From: Gemmatimonadales bacterium
GTDB lineage: Bacteria; Gemmatimonadota; Gemmatimonadetes; Gemmatimonadales; GWC2-71-9
Length of the DNA stretch: 64,000 nt
NCBI GenBank assembly: GCA_037189525.1
Contig: JBBCJC010000005.1
Location: 576,001 to 640,000, forward strand
Direction of reading: 5' to 3'
Shown here in pieces: positions 9,822 through 19,952 of this stretch. Every line of letters starts with the position of its first letter. Position 1 is the first letter of the stretch. Under the pieces are notes generated by a model. That model was not told where the DNA came from, searched no databases, and saw nothing but the letters and a program-made list of their open reading frames with translations. Made by a program: the position numbers and the translations under genes.

Positions 9822-10136
9822 ATGAGCATCTCCAATACGCGCCCACGGAAGCGGCGACCGACGCACCCCGGCGAGATGTTGCGCGAAGACTTCATGCCCG
9901 ACTACGGTCTCACGGTGGCAAGCCTCGCCGAATCGGCAGGCGTCTCGCGCCAATCCATCAACGAACTCCTGCGGGAACGGCGGGCCTTGAGCCCCGAAAT
10001 GGCACTCCGCCTCGCTCGCCTGTTCGGCAACTCGGCCGAGTTCTGGCTGAACGCGCAACGGGCCGTCGACCTCTGGGAGGCGGCGCACGCGCTCAAGGCG
10101 GAGATGGCCCGCATCAAGCCGTTGCGCGTGGCATAG
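9822..10136 (+). CDS. higA: HigA family antitoxin (HTH)
   Basis: PTHPGEMLREDF, GVSRQSINEL, SPEMALRLARLFGNSAEFWLNAQ; lies directly downstream of higB. Confidence 0.92.
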   Translation: MSISNTRPRKRRPTHPGEMLREDFMPDYGLTVASLAESAGVSRQSINELLRERRALSPEMALRLARLFGNSAEFWLNAQRAVDLWEAAHALKAEMARIKPLRVA

Positions 10137-10262
10137 ACTGCCCTCTCCGTCGAACGCCGATTCAGCGTCCGAATTAATGCGGGGCCGGTCCCCCTCTCCG
10201 GGGACATTTCAGCGGATTGGACATCTATATATGCCTTGCCAGATTAACGGCAGCCGGGTAGA

Positions 10263-13187
10263 GTGACACCCATGTCGCTCATTGTCCTCCTGCTCCTGCC
10301 ATTCCTGGGCAGCCTGGTCACCGCACTGCTCCCGACCCGCGCCCGGAACATGCTCGCCAGCTGGGCGGGACTCGTCTCGGCAGGCGCGGCGGCGTGGGTC
10401 ATCAGCCTGTTCCCCCATGTCCGGGATGGCGGGGTGATTCGGGAGGAGATCTCGTGGATCCCATCCCTGGGACTCGACCTGGTCCTCCGGGTCGACGGCT
10501 TTGCCTGGATGTTCGCGGGGCTGGTCACGGTCTTGGGCGCGCTCGTCTCGCTGTACTCGCGCTACTACATGTCCCCGGAAGATCCGGTGGCCCGCTTCTA
10601 TGCGTCCTTCCTGGCGTTCATGGGCGCGATGCTCGGCGTGGTGCTCTCGGGTAACCTGATCCAGCTGGTGCTGTTCTGGGAACTCACCAGCCTGTTCTCA
10701 TTCCTGCTGATCGGCTACTGGTACCATCGCGAGGATGCCCGGCGCGGCGCCCGGATGGCGCTGACGATAACCGGCGCAGGGGGCCTCGCCCTCCTGGGCG
10801 GCGTGATCCTGCTCGGGCAGATCGTTGGCAGCTACGACCTGGAGACGGTACTCGCCTCTGGCGACCTGATCCGCACCGACCCGCGTTACCCGGCGGCCCT
10901 GGTGCTGATCCTGCTCGGCGTGTTCACCAAGAGCGCCCAGTTCCCGTTCCACTTCTGGCTGCCCCGCGCCATGGCGGCGCCGACTCCCGTGTCCGCCTAC
11001 CTCCACTCGGCCACGATGGTCAAAGCCGGGGTCTTCCTGCTGGCGCGGCTCTGGCCGGCGCTGTCGGGGACCGATCTGTGGTTCTGGCTGGTCGGCGGCG
11101 TCGGCGTGACGACGCTTCTGATCGGTGCGTACGTCGCGATGTTCCAGAACGACCTGAAGGGCCTGCTGGCGTACTCGACCATCAGCCACCTGGGTCTCAT
11201 CACTCTGCTCTTCGGTCTCAACAGTCCGCTCGCTGCGGTGGCCGGCGTGTTCCACATCATGAACCACGCGACGTTCAAGGCGTCGCTGTTCATGGCCGCA
11301 GGCATCGTCGACCACGAGACCGGTACCCGCGACATCCGGCGCCTCAACGGCTTGCTCCGCGCCATGCCGATCACCGGGACGCTCGCACTGGTGGCCAGCG
11401 CGGCGATGGCCGGCGTGCCGCTCCTCAACGGGTTCCTCTCCAAGGAGATGTTCTTCGCGGAGACGGTGTTCCTCAAGTCGCGTCCCTGGATCGAGATCGG
11501 CCTGCCGGCGGCGGCCACCCTCGCCGGGATCTTTGCCGTCGTCTACTCGCTGCGCTTCGGCTACGACATCTTCTTCGGCCCGCCCTCGACCGACCTGCCC
11601 CGCGAGCCCGAGGAGCCGCCGCGCTGGATGCGGATTCCGGTCGACCTGCTGGTGTTCGCCTGCCTGGTGGTCGGCATCATCCCCTCCATGTCGATCGGTC
11701 CGTTCCTGGCCGAGGCGGCCCGGCCGGTGGTGGGCGGGGTGCTGCCGGCGTACAGCCTGGCCGTGTGGCACGGCTTCAATGCGCCCTTCATCATGAGTCT
11801 GGTGGCGGTGGCCGGCGGCATCGTCGGCTATCTGATCCTCCGCCGGTATCAGGAACGCGGGCTGCTCCTGGCCACGCCGCTGGTCAGTCGGCTCAACAGC
11901 AAGCGGATGTTCGAACGCACCCTGGCCTGGTTTGCGCGGCTGTCGAACAAAACGCTTCGGGTAGTCGGCACCGACCGTCTCCAGCCGCAGATGTTCGTGA
12001 TCATCGCGGTGGCGCTGCTGCTCGGCTTCCTCGCATCACAGACCGTACCGCTCGTCTGGGGCGACCGGGCGCGCCTCCCGACTTCGCCGGCGTTCGTACT
12101 GCTGTGGGTGACCGGGATCGTCTGCGCCATCGGCGCAGCCGCCCAGGCCAAGTTTCACCGCCTGGTGGCGTTGACCCTGCTGGGCGGCGTAGGGCTCGTC
12201 ACCTGCCTCACCTTCATCTGGTTCTCGGCGCCCGATCTCGCGCTGACCCAGCTGGCGGTCGAGGTGGTGACGACGATCCTGTTCCTGCTCGGCTTGCGCT
12301 GGCTCCCGATGCGACTGGAAACAGCGTTGCCGCGGCTCACCTGGCGCGACCGGGGCCGGCGAACCCGCGACCTGCTGCTCGCCATCGGCACCGGCAGCGG
12401 GCTCGCGGCGCTCTCCTACGCGATGCTGACCCGGCCCGCAACACAAAGCATTTCTCCCTTCTTCCTGAGCCGTTCGCTGCCGGAAGGGGGCGGCGCCAAC
12501 GTCGTCAACGTGATCCTGGTCGACTTTCGCGCCTTCGATACGCTCGGAGAAATTTCCGTGCTCTCGGCGGTGGCGCTGACGGTCTTCGCGCTCCTCCGCC
12601 GCTTTCGGCCGCCGGAGGAAAGCATCGGAGAGACATCGCAGCAGCAGGCCCTGCACGCCGAGACCGATACCGACCTGGTGAGTCCACGCGTCGCGCGGGA
12701 TGCGGGACGCGGCTATCTGATGGTGCCGATGGTGATTGCCCGGATGCTGATGCCGGTGGCCGTCATCGTCGCCGTGCACCTGCTGCTCCGCGGCCATAAC
12801 GCGCCGGGCGGCGGATTCGTCGCGGGGCTGGCCATTGCCATTGCGTTCCTGATCCAGTATCTGGTCGCCGGAACGCACTGGGTCGAGTTGCGTACCAAGC
12901 TACGGCCGGCCCGCTGGATCAGTCTGGGGTTGCTGTATGCCGCCGCCACCGGTCTTGGCGCCGTGGTCATCGGCTATCCGTTCCTGACGACGCACACACC
13001 GCACTTTACGCTGCCGCTGGTCGGTGAGGTGCACATTCCGAGCGCCACATTCTTCGATCTCGGAGTCTTCGGCGTGGTCGTCGGCGCCACCCTGCTCATC
13101 CTCACGGCACTGGCTCACCAATCGACCCGTGCCCACCGCCGGCGGACATCGCCCCCCGACACGTCGGAAAGCCGAGGAGCTGCCTGA
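10263..13187 (+). CDS. mrpA: Monovalent cation/H+ antiporter subunit A (fused A+B, group 2)
   Basis: FWELTSLFSFLLIG, TKSAQFPFHFWLP.AMAAPTPVSAYLHSATMVKAG, APDLALTQ, NVILVDFRAFDTLGE, GHNAPGGGF (MnhB part). Alternative ATG at 10272. Confidence 0.95.
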   Translation: MTPMSLIVLLLLPFLGSLVTALLPTRARNMLASWAGLVSAGAAAWVISLFPHVRDGGVIREEISWIPSLGLDLVLRVDGFAWMFAGLVTVLGALVSLYSRYYMSPEDPVARFYASFLAFMGAMLGVVLSGNLIQLVLFWELTSLFSFLLIGYWYHREDARRGARMALTITGAGGLALLGGVILLGQIVGSYDLETVLASGDLIRTDPRYPAALVLILLGVFTKSAQFPFHFWLPRAMAAPTPVSAYLHSATMVKAGVFLLARLWPALSGTDLWFWLVGGVGVTTLLIGAYVAMFQNDLKGLLAYSTISHLGLITLLFGLNSPLAAVAGVFHIMNHATFKASLFMAAGIVDHETGTRDIRRLNGLLRAMPITGTLALVASAAMAGVPLLNGFLSKEMFFAETVFLKSRPWIEIGLPAAATLAGIFAVVYSLRFGYDIFFGPPSTDLPREPEEPPRWMRIPVDLLVFACLVVGIIPSMSIGPFLAEAARPVVGGVLPAYSLAVWHGFNAPFIMSLVAVAGGIVGYLILRRYQERGLLLATPLVSRLNSKRMFERTLAWFARLSNKTLRVVGTDRLQPQMFVIIAVALLLGFLASQTVPLVWGDRARLPTSPAFVLLWVTGIVCAIGAAAQAKFHRLVALTLLGGVGLVTCLTFIWFSAPDLALTQLAVEVVTTILFLLGLRWLPMRLETALPRLTWRDRGRRTRDLLLAIGTGSGLAALSYAMLTRPATQSISPFFLSRSLPEGGGANVVNVILVDFRAFDTLGEISVLSAVALTVFALLRRFRPPEESIGETSQQQALHAETDTDLVSPRVARDAGRGYLMVPMVIARMLMPVAVIVAVHLLLRGHNAPGGGFVAGLAIAIAFLIQYLVAGTHWVELRTKLRPARWISLGLLYAAATGLGAVVIGYPFLTTHTPHFTLPLVGEVHIPSATFFDLGVFGVVVGATLLILTALAHQSTRAHRRRTSPPDTSESRGAA

Positions 13188-13528
13188 TGGAAGCCCTGCT
13201 CGCGCTCGTCATCGGAGTGCTCGGCGGAGCCGGCGTGTGGCTCGTGCTCAGGCCGCGAACCTTCCAGGTAATCCTGGGGCTCGCGCTCCTGTCGTACGCC
13301 GTCAATCTCTTCATCTTCAGCATGGGCAGCCTGGTCATCGATCAGCCGCCCATCGTCAAGCCGGGCGTGGCGCCCACACTGGACCAATACACGGACCCGA
13401 TGCCGCAGGCTCTGGTGCTCACCGCGATCGTGATCGGCTTCGCGACGACGGCGCTCTTTCTCGTCCTGCTGCTTGCTTCGCGCGGGCTGACCGGTACCGA
13501 CCACGTCGATGGTAAGGAACCGTCATGA
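13187..13528 (+). CDS. mrpC: Na+(K+)/H+ antiporter subunit C
   Basis: DPMPQALVLTAIVIGFA; overlaps the mrpA stop. Confidence 0.95.
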   Translation: MEALLALVIGVLGGAGVWLVLRPRTFQVILGLALLSYAVNLFIFSMGSLVIDQPPIVKPGVAPTLDQYTDPMPQALVLTAIVIGFATTALFLVLLLASRGLTGTDHVDGKEPS

Positions 13529-15177
13529 CCTGGGCCTTGCCACACCTCCTCATCGTCCCGGTCATCCTGCCGCTGCTCTCGGCGGTGATCATGCTCCTGA
13601 TCGGGTCCGAGCGCGGGCGATCGAAATCGATCGTCAACGTCCTGGCGACGCTGGCAGGCCTGCTCGTTGCGCTGGAAATTCTCCGACGGGTCGACGGAAG
13701 CGGCGGCTCCGGTGTCATCGGCGTCTACCTCGCCGCCAACTGGGAAGCTCCCTTCGGCATCGTGCTCGTAGCAGACCGCCTCGCCGCCCTGATGCTGGTG
13801 CTGACCGGCGTCGTCAGCCTGGGCGCAGCGCTGTACTCGATGGCCGGCTGGGGCCGCGCGGGCGTCTACTTCCACCCGCTGTTCCAGATCCAGTTGATGG
13901 GATTGAACGGGGCGTTCCTGACCGGCGACCTCTTCAATCTCTTCGTCTTCTTCGAAGTGGCGCTGGCCGCTTCCTACGGACTGCAGCTGCACGGCTCGGG
14001 ACCGACCCGAGTGCGGTCGGGGTTGCATTACCTCGCAATCAACCTGCTGGCGTCGTCGCTCTTCCTGGTTGGCCTCGCCATGATTTACGGCGTGATGGGA
14101 ACGCTGTCGATGGCCGACGTGGCCGCGAAGCTCCCGCACGTGGTCGAGGCCGATCGCGGCCTGCTGCATGCGGGCGTGGCCATTCTCGCGGTCGCGTTCC
14201 TCACCAAGGCCGCGATGTGGCCGCTCAATTCCTGGCTCGTTCCGGCGTATCTGTCGGCGAGTGCCCCGGTCGCCGCGCTCTTTGCGCTGATGACCAAGCT
14301 GGGCATCTACACGCTGCTGCGTCTCTGGACCCTGCTCTTTTCCGCCGATGCCGGCCCGTCGGCGCATTTCGGGGGGCCGCTCTTTCTCTACGGCGGTCTC
14401 GCAACCATCGGGTTCGGCGTCCTGGGGCTCATGGCGACACTGAAGCTCGGACGGATTGCGGGCTTCTCGATCATCGTGTCCTCGGGCACCCTGCTAGCCG
14501 CGCTCGGATTCGGCGCGGTGTCCGTCACGTCCGCTGCGCTGTACTATCTCCTGAGTTCTACTCTCGCAGCGAGCGCGCTGTTCCTCCTCGTCGAGCTGGT
14601 CGAACGCACCCGGAACGGCGAACCCGAACCGCTGCGCGAGGTCGATCTGGAGCCCGGCGAGGACACCAACCTCGACGACGACGAAGCCCCGCTCGTCGGT
14701 CGCGCCATCCCGGTCTCGCTGGCGCTGCTCGGCGTGGCCTTCATTGCCTGCGCCCTGCTGGTGGCGGGGCTGCCGCCGCTCTCGGGATTCATCGCGAAGT
14801 TTTCGATCATGGCCGCCATCGTGAGCCCCCCGGGCTACGGCGCACCGAGCGTACCCACGTCGATTGCGTGGGGGCTATTCGGCTTGCTGCTCCTTTCGGG
14901 ACTGGTGGCGACGATCGGGATGTCGAGAGCCGGAATTCGGCACTTCTGGACCGAGGCCGATCAACCGCCGCAGATCAAGGTCGCCGAGGCCGTACCGGTT
15001 CTCGCGCTCATCATCGTATGCGTGTGGCTCACGGCGCAGGCTGAACAAGTCATGCGCTACACCCATGCCACCGCCCGATCGCTGCATGCACCGACGGCCT
15101 ACATCGATGCGGTGCTGTCGACCCGACCGATCCCCGGGCCCACGCGACCCAATATCGACGGGGGAGGCGCGCCGTGA
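13525..15177 (+). CDS. mrpD: Monovalent cation/H+ antiporter subunit D
   Basis: GAFLTGDLFNLFVFFEV, KAAMWPL..WL..AY, LMTKLG, GLPPLSGFIAK. Confidence 0.95.
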   Translation: MTWALPHLLIVPVILPLLSAVIMLLIGSERGRSKSIVNVLATLAGLLVALEILRRVDGSGGSGVIGVYLAANWEAPFGIVLVADRLAALMLVLTGVVSLGAALYSMAGWGRAGVYFHPLFQIQLMGLNGAFLTGDLFNLFVFFEVALAASYGLQLHGSGPTRVRSGLHYLAINLLASSLFLVGLAMIYGVMGTLSMADVAAKLPHVVEADRGLLHAGVAILAVAFLTKAAMWPLNSWLVPAYLSASAPVAALFALMTKLGIYTLLRLWTLLFSADAGPSAHFGGPLFLYGGLATIGFGVLGLMATLKLGRIAGFSIIVSSGTLLAALGFGAVSVTSAALYYLLSSTLAASALFLLVELVERTRNGEPEPLREVDLEPGEDTNLDDDEAPLVGRAIPVSLALLGVAFIACALLVAGLPPLSGFIAKFSIMAAIVSPPGYGAPSVPTSIAWGLFGLLLLSGLVATIGMSRAGIRHFWTEADQPPQIKVAEAVPVLALIIVCVWLTAQAEQVMRYTHATARSLHAPTAYIDAVLSTRPIPGPTRPNIDGGGAP

Positions 15178-15671
15178 GGCTCTTCGCGAAGGTGCTCCCC
15201 GCGCCGTTGCTGTCGGCTGCGCTGCTCGCGCTCTGGCTGATGCTGGCGCGCTCGACCAGCATCGATCAGGTCATTCTCGGTCTGATCCTCGCGCTCGGCG
15301 TTCCGCTCCTGACCACGAGCCTCCGGCTGAACAATGTGCGGGTGCGCCGGCCGCTGGTCGTGATCCGTTTCATCCTCATGGTCGGATACGACGTGCTGCG
15401 GTCGAATCTCGAAGTGGCTCGCGGCGTCCTCACCTGGGGCTGGCGGCAGCCGAAGGCCCGCTTCGTCTTGATCCCGCTCGAACTCAATGATCCGGTGGGC
15501 CTCGCCGCGCTCTCGATGGTGACGACCGTGGTGCCGGGTACGGTCTGGTCGGAGCTGGCGCGCGATCGAAGCGTGCTGATGCTCCATGCCTGGGATGTCA
15601 CGGACGAAACGGCGTTCGTGGCCCGCTTCAAGGCCCGCTACGAAAAGCCTCTGCGGGAGATCTTCGAATGA
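15174..15671 (+). CDS. mrpE: Na+/H+ antiporter subunit E
   Basis: SNLEVA, TVVPGTVW, LHAWD, YEKPLREIFE; translationally coupled. Confidence 0.92.
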   Translation: MRLFAKVLPAPLLSAALLALWLMLARSTSIDQVILGLILALGVPLLTTSLRLNNVRVRRPLVVIRFILMVGYDVLRSNLEVARGVLTWGWRQPKARFVLIPLELNDPVGLAALSMVTTVVPGTVWSELARDRSVLMLHAWDVTDETAFVARFKARYEKPLREIFE

Positions 15672-15946
15672 GCCCATTGCTCTCGGGCGCCATCGTCTTT
15701 GCGCTCGGCTGCTACGCCGTCGCCTCGATCCTGGTTCTGGTACGGCTCGTCCGCGGACCGCGCGCGCAGGACCGGGTGCTCGCCCTCGACCTGCTCTATC
15801 TCCACGGCATGCTGGTCATGCTGGTACTCGGCATTCAGTACGGCAACGACACCTACTTCGAAGCGGCGCTGCTGATCGCCGTCTTCGGCTTCGTGAGTTC
15901 CTCGGCGATGGCCAAGTTCATCCTGCGCGGCGAGGTGATCGAATGA
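15668..15946 (+). CDS. mrpF: K+/H+ antiporter subunit F
   Basis: RGPRAQDRVLALD, YFEAALLIA.FGFV, AKFILRGEVIE. Confidence 0.93.
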   Translation: MSPLLSGAIVFALGCYAVASILVLVRLVRGPRAQDRVLALDLLYLHGMLVMLVLGIQYGNDTYFEAALLIAVFGFVSSSAMAKFILRGEVIE

Positions 15947-16308
15947 CCGCCCAGGTCCCGTTCTGGGTCGAGGTGGTGGTGTCCGTACTGCTCGTGCTCA
16001 GCGGCATCTTCGTGGTCATCTCTGCCGTCGGCTTCCTGCGCCTGCAGGATTTCTTCCTGCGAATGCATCCGCCCGCCCTTGCCTACACATTCGGGAGCTG
16101 GTGCGTAACCCTGGGCGCCATCCTCTATTTCTCGATGCAGGAAGGGCGCCTCCAGCTGCAGCCGTGGCTCATCATCATCATGCTCTCGATTACCGTGCCG
16201 GTCACGACGCTGCTGCTCGCCCGCGCCGCGCTGTTCCGTCGCCGGATTGCGGGCGCCACCGACACGCCGCCCCCGCTCCGCTCACGCCAGCCGCCGGGAA
16301 TGCCGTAA
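15943..16308 (+). CDS. mrpG: Na+/H+ antiporter subunit G
   Basis: ATGA overlap with mrpF; GFLRLQDFFLRMHPP, ITVPVTTLLLARAALFR. Confidence 0.92.
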   Translation: MTAQVPFWVEVVVSVLLVLSGIFVVISAVGFLRLQDFFLRMHPPALAYTFGSWCVTLGAILYFSMQEGRLQLQPWLIIIMLSITVPVTTLLLARAALFRRRIAGATDTPPPLRSRQPPGMP

Positions 16309-16410
16309 GCCGCTCCGGCTGCTTGCCGCCGACAAACCATCACCCTACCTTGCCATGAAGCATCACCGGAGCACCGGTGGTGCTTTCTCATGAAGGGGAG
16401 ATGACGTTCC

Positions 16411-19400
16411 GTGCCTTTGTCGACCGCATCGCAAGACCGTACCACCGCCGCGACCCGGCCAAAATCGATCACCAAGCTGATGGCCGCGAACCGGAGCGAG
16501 ATCGCGATTCGCGTCTTCCGGGCGGGCACCGAGCTGGGCCATCGCACCGTAGCCATCTACGCGCACGAGGATCGATTCTGCATCCACCGGTACAAGGCCG
16601 ATGAAGCGTACGAGATCGGAATCGGCAAAGGCCCGGTCGCCGCGTATCTCGACATCGAGGGCATCGTCGCGATCGCCAAGGCCAAGGGCGTCGACGCGAT
16701 CCACCCCGGCTACGGATTCCTCTCCGAAAACCCGGAGTTCGCTCGGGCGTGCGAGGCCGCCGGCCTGATTTTCGTCGGGCCCCGCCCCGAACTGCTCGAG
16801 ATGATGGGCGACAAAACCGCCGCCCGCGCGCTGGCCCAGCGGATCGGGGTGCCGACCCTGCCAGGTACGGAGGAACCGATCACCGATCGCGCCGAGGCGT
16901 TGAACGTCGCCCAGTCGATCGGCTTCCCGCTGATCATCAAAGCAGCCTTCGGCGGCGGCGGTCGAGGAATGCGGGTGGTCCGGCGCGCGGAAGACCTGGA
17001 GAATTTGCTGGACGAGGCACAGACCGAGGCGGAACGCGCCTTCGGCAACCCGGCCATCTTCCTGGAGAAGTACATCGAGCGCGCCAAGCATCTCGAGGTC
17101 CAGATCCTGGGCGACCGGCACGGCAATGTGATCCACCTGCACGAGCGGGACTGCTCGGTCCAGCGCCGGCACCAGAAGGTGATCGAGGTGGCCCCGTCGG
17201 TCGGGCTGCCGCAGGGCATCGTCGACGAGTTGTGCGAAGCGGCCACCCGGATGGCCAAGGAAATCCGGTACGACAACGCGGGCACGGTGGAGTTCATCTA
17301 CGACCTCGACCGGCACGAGTGGTTCTTCATCGAGATGAATCCGCGGATCCAGGTCGAGCACACGGTCTCCGAGGTGATCACCGGGCTCGATCTGGTGCGG
17401 GCGCAAATTCTGATTGCCGAAGGGCATGAACTGCATTCGGATCGGGTCGGGATGCCGCGGCAGGAGAACGTGCCGCGGAACGGCTACGCCATCCAGTGCC
17501 GGATCACCACTGAAGACCCCGAGAATCAGTTCGTGCCGGACTACGGACGGATCCTCGCCTACCGGTCGCCGGGCGGATTCGGGGTCCGGCTCGACGGGGG
17601 GATGGGTTTTGCCGGCGCGGTGATCACGCCGTACTACGATTCGTTGCTGGTGAAGTGCATCGCGAGCGGGCAGACCTACGAGAACGCGTTGCATCGGGCC
17701 CGCCGCTGCCTGGCGGAGTTCCGGATTCGCGGCGTCAAGACGAACATCCCGTTTCTGGAAAATGTCATTGCGCACCCCAAGTTTCAGAGCGGCCAAGCCA
17801 CCACGACGCTGATCGACACCACGCCCAAGCTGGTCAAGTTCAAGCCTCGGCGCGATCGGGCGACCAAGCTGCTCAACTTCCTGGCCGGCGTGATCGTCAA
17901 CGGCAATCCCCATGCGAAGGGGTACCGACCTAACGCTCCTCTCCCCGTAGCGCGGCCGATTCCGTTCGATCCGAGCACGGCGCCGCCGGCCGGCACGCGC
18001 CAATTGCTGCTGGAGTTGGGACCCCAGAAGTTCGCGGAATGGGCCCGCAGCCAGGAGCGGTTGCTGATTACCGACACCACCTGGCGCGATGCGCACCAGT
18101 CGCTGATGGCCACTCGGGTGCGCGGCTACGACATGCTGGCCTCCGCGGCCGCCGTGGCCCGCCGGACGCCGCAGCTCTTCTCGCTGGAGATGTGGGGCGG
18201 CGCCACCTTCGATACCGCGATGCGGTTCCTGAGCGAAGACCCGTGGGAGCGGTTACGCCAGCTGCGCGCGGCGGTGCCCAACATCTGCTTCCAGATGCTC
18301 TTCCGGGGCGCCAACGCGGTCGGCTACACCAACTATCCCGACAACGTGGTGGCGGGGTTCGTGCGGCACGCGGCGGCCGAGGGGATGGACATCTTCCGGG
18401 TCTTCGATTCGCTCAACTACCTGCCCAACCTGCGGGTGGCGATGGAGGCGGTCCAGGATACCCACGCCATCTGCGAAGCCGCCATCTGCTACACCGGCGA
18501 CATCCTTGATGACCGGCGCGACAAGTTCTCGCTCCAGTACTACATCCGGCTGGCCAAAGAGCTGGAACGGATGGGCGCGCACATGCTGGCCATCAAGGAC
18601 ATGGCCGGGCTCTGCCGCCCGTTCGCCGCCAAGAAACTGGTCGAGACGCTGCGCGGCGAGATCGGCCTGCCGATCCACTTCCACACGCATGACACGAGCG
18701 GCATTGCGTCGGCCAGCGTGCTGCGCGCGGCCGATGCCGGCGTGGACGTGGTGGACCTGGCATTGGCGTCGATGAGCGGCAGCACCTCGCAGCCCAACCT
18801 CAACTCGGTGGTCGCGGCGTTGCAGCACACGCCGCGCGAAACGGGGCTCGACCTCGACACCCTGAACGAGTTTTCCGACTATTGGGAGGCGGTGCGCACC
18901 TACTATGCGCCGTTCGACTCGGCCCCCAAGAGCGGCTCGGCGGAGGTCTACCTGCACGAGATGCCAGGCGGACAGTACACCAACCTGAAGGAGCAGGCCG
19001 CCGCGATGGGCGTCGGGCATCGCTGGCCCGAGATTGCCCGCACCTACGCCGAGGTGAACCAGCTGTTCGGCGATATCGTGAAAGTGACGCCGTCGTCCAA
19101 GGTGGTGGGCGACATGGCGCTCTTCCTCTTCAGCAAGGGAATCCGCCCCGCGGACGTGATGAACCTGGAGCCGGGTGCCACGCCGTTTCCCGAGAGCGTG
19201 ATCGACATGCTGATGGGCGGGCTGGGTTGGCCCGACGGCGGGTGGCCGGAGGATGTCTCGCTCGCGGTGCTGGGGCCGGAGCGCCACGCCACGGCGCGGG
19301 CCCGGTACGAAGCGGCCGTGAGCGGCCGTGCCGACGCGAGCGCGCCAGCGGCACTCGACCTCGGCAAGGTACGCGCCGAGCTCAAGGATCGCCTGCGCCG

Positions 19401-19950
19401 CGAGCCGACGGACGACGACGTATTCTCGTATCTGATGTACCCCAAGGTGTTCCTGGACTACGCCAAGCACCTGACCGCGTACAGCGACGTCAGCGTGTTG
19501 CCAACCCCAGCGTTCCTCTACGGACTCACGCCCGGCGAGGAAATCTCGGTGAATATCGAGGAGGGTAAGGTGCTGATCATCCGCCTCATCTCGGTGGGCG
19601 AACCGGATGAGGAGGGCCGGCGCGCGGTGAGCTATGACCTCAACGGCATCGGGCGCGACACCTTCGTGGTCGACCAGAAGTCGACGCCGAAGACCAAAGC
19701 GCGCCCCAAGGCAGACACCGACGATCCGACGCAGCTGGCGGCGCCGATTCCCGGATTGATCGCCGAACTCGTCGTGTCGGTGGGCAGCAAGGTCGTCAAG
19801 GGCGACAAGCTGCTGATGATGGAAGCGATGAAGATGCAGAGCACCGTGTATGCTCCGTCAGACGGGGTCGTGACGGAGCTCCACGTGGATGCCGGCGATC
19901 GGGTCGAGGCCAAGGACCTGCTCCTGCGGATCCGGCCTGCGGAATGCTGA
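16411..19950 (+). CDS. pyc: Pyruvate carboxylase (single chain BC-CT-BCCP)
   Basis: ANRSEIAIRV, IHPGYGFLSEN, ERDCSVQRRHQK, DTTWRDAHQSL.ATR, EMWGGATFD, HFHTHDTSG, HEMPGGQYTNL, IVKVTPSSKVVGD, biotin motif EAMKM. Confidence 0.97.
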   Translation: MPLSTASQDRTTAATRPKSITKLMAANRSEIAIRVFRAGTELGHRTVAIYAHEDRFCIHRYKADEAYEIGIGKGPVAAYLDIEGIVAIAKAKGVDAIHPGYGFLSENPEFARACEAAGLIFVGPRPELLEMMGDKTAARALAQRIGVPTLPGTEEPITDRAEALNVAQSIGFPLIIKAAFGGGGRGMRVVRRAEDLENLLDEAQTEAERAFGNPAIFLEKYIERAKHLEVQILGDRHGNVIHLHERDCSVQRRHQKVIEVAPSVGLPQGIVDELCEAATRMAKEIRYDNAGTVEFIYDLDRHEWFFIEMNPRIQVEHTVSEVITGLDLVRAQILIAEGHELHSDRVGMPRQENVPRNGYAIQCRITTEDPENQFVPDYGRILAYRSPGGFGVRLDGGMGFAGAVITPYYDSLLVKCIASGQTYENALHRARRCLAEFRIRGVKTNIPFLENVIAHPKFQSGQATTTLIDTTPKLVKFKPRRDRATKLLNFLAGVIVNGNPHAKGYRPNAPLPVARPIPFDPSTAPPAGTRQLLLELGPQKFAEWARSQERLLITDTTWRDAHQSLMATRVRGYDMLASAAAVARRTPQLFSLEMWGGATFDTAMRFLSEDPWERLRQLRAAVPNICFQMLFRGANAVGYTNYPDNVVAGFVRHAAAEGMDIFRVFDSLNYLPNLRVAMEAVQDTHAICEAAICYTGDILDDRRDKFSLQYYIRLAKELERMGAHMLAIKDMAGLCRPFAAKKLVETLRGEIGLPIHFHTHDTSGIASASVLRAADAGVDVVDLALASMSGSTSQPNLNSVVAALQHTPRETGLDLDTLNEFSDYWEAVRTYYAPFDSAPKSGSAEVYLHEMPGGQYTNLKEQAAAMGVGHRWPEIARTYAEVNQLFGDIVKVTPSSKVVGDMALFLFSKGIRPADVMNLEPGATPFPESVIDMLMGGLGWPDGGWPEDVSLAVLGPERHATARARYEAAVSGRADASAPAALDLGKVRAELKDRLRREPTDDDVFSYLMYPKVFLDYAKHLTAYSDVSVLPTPAFLYGLTPGEEISVNIEEGKVLIIRLISVGEPDEEGRRAVSYDLNGIGRDTFVVDQKSTPKTKARPKADTDDPTQLAAPIPGLIAELVVSVGSKVVKGDKLLMMEAMKMQSTVYAPSDGVVTELHVDAGDRVEAKDLLLRIRPAEC

Positions 19951-19952
19951 GG

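Noticed and set aside
10137..10262. Possible Na+/Li+ riboswitch before the mrp operon
   Set aside because: Only a simple GTCCCC/GGGGAC hairpin is visible, with no consensus I can support.
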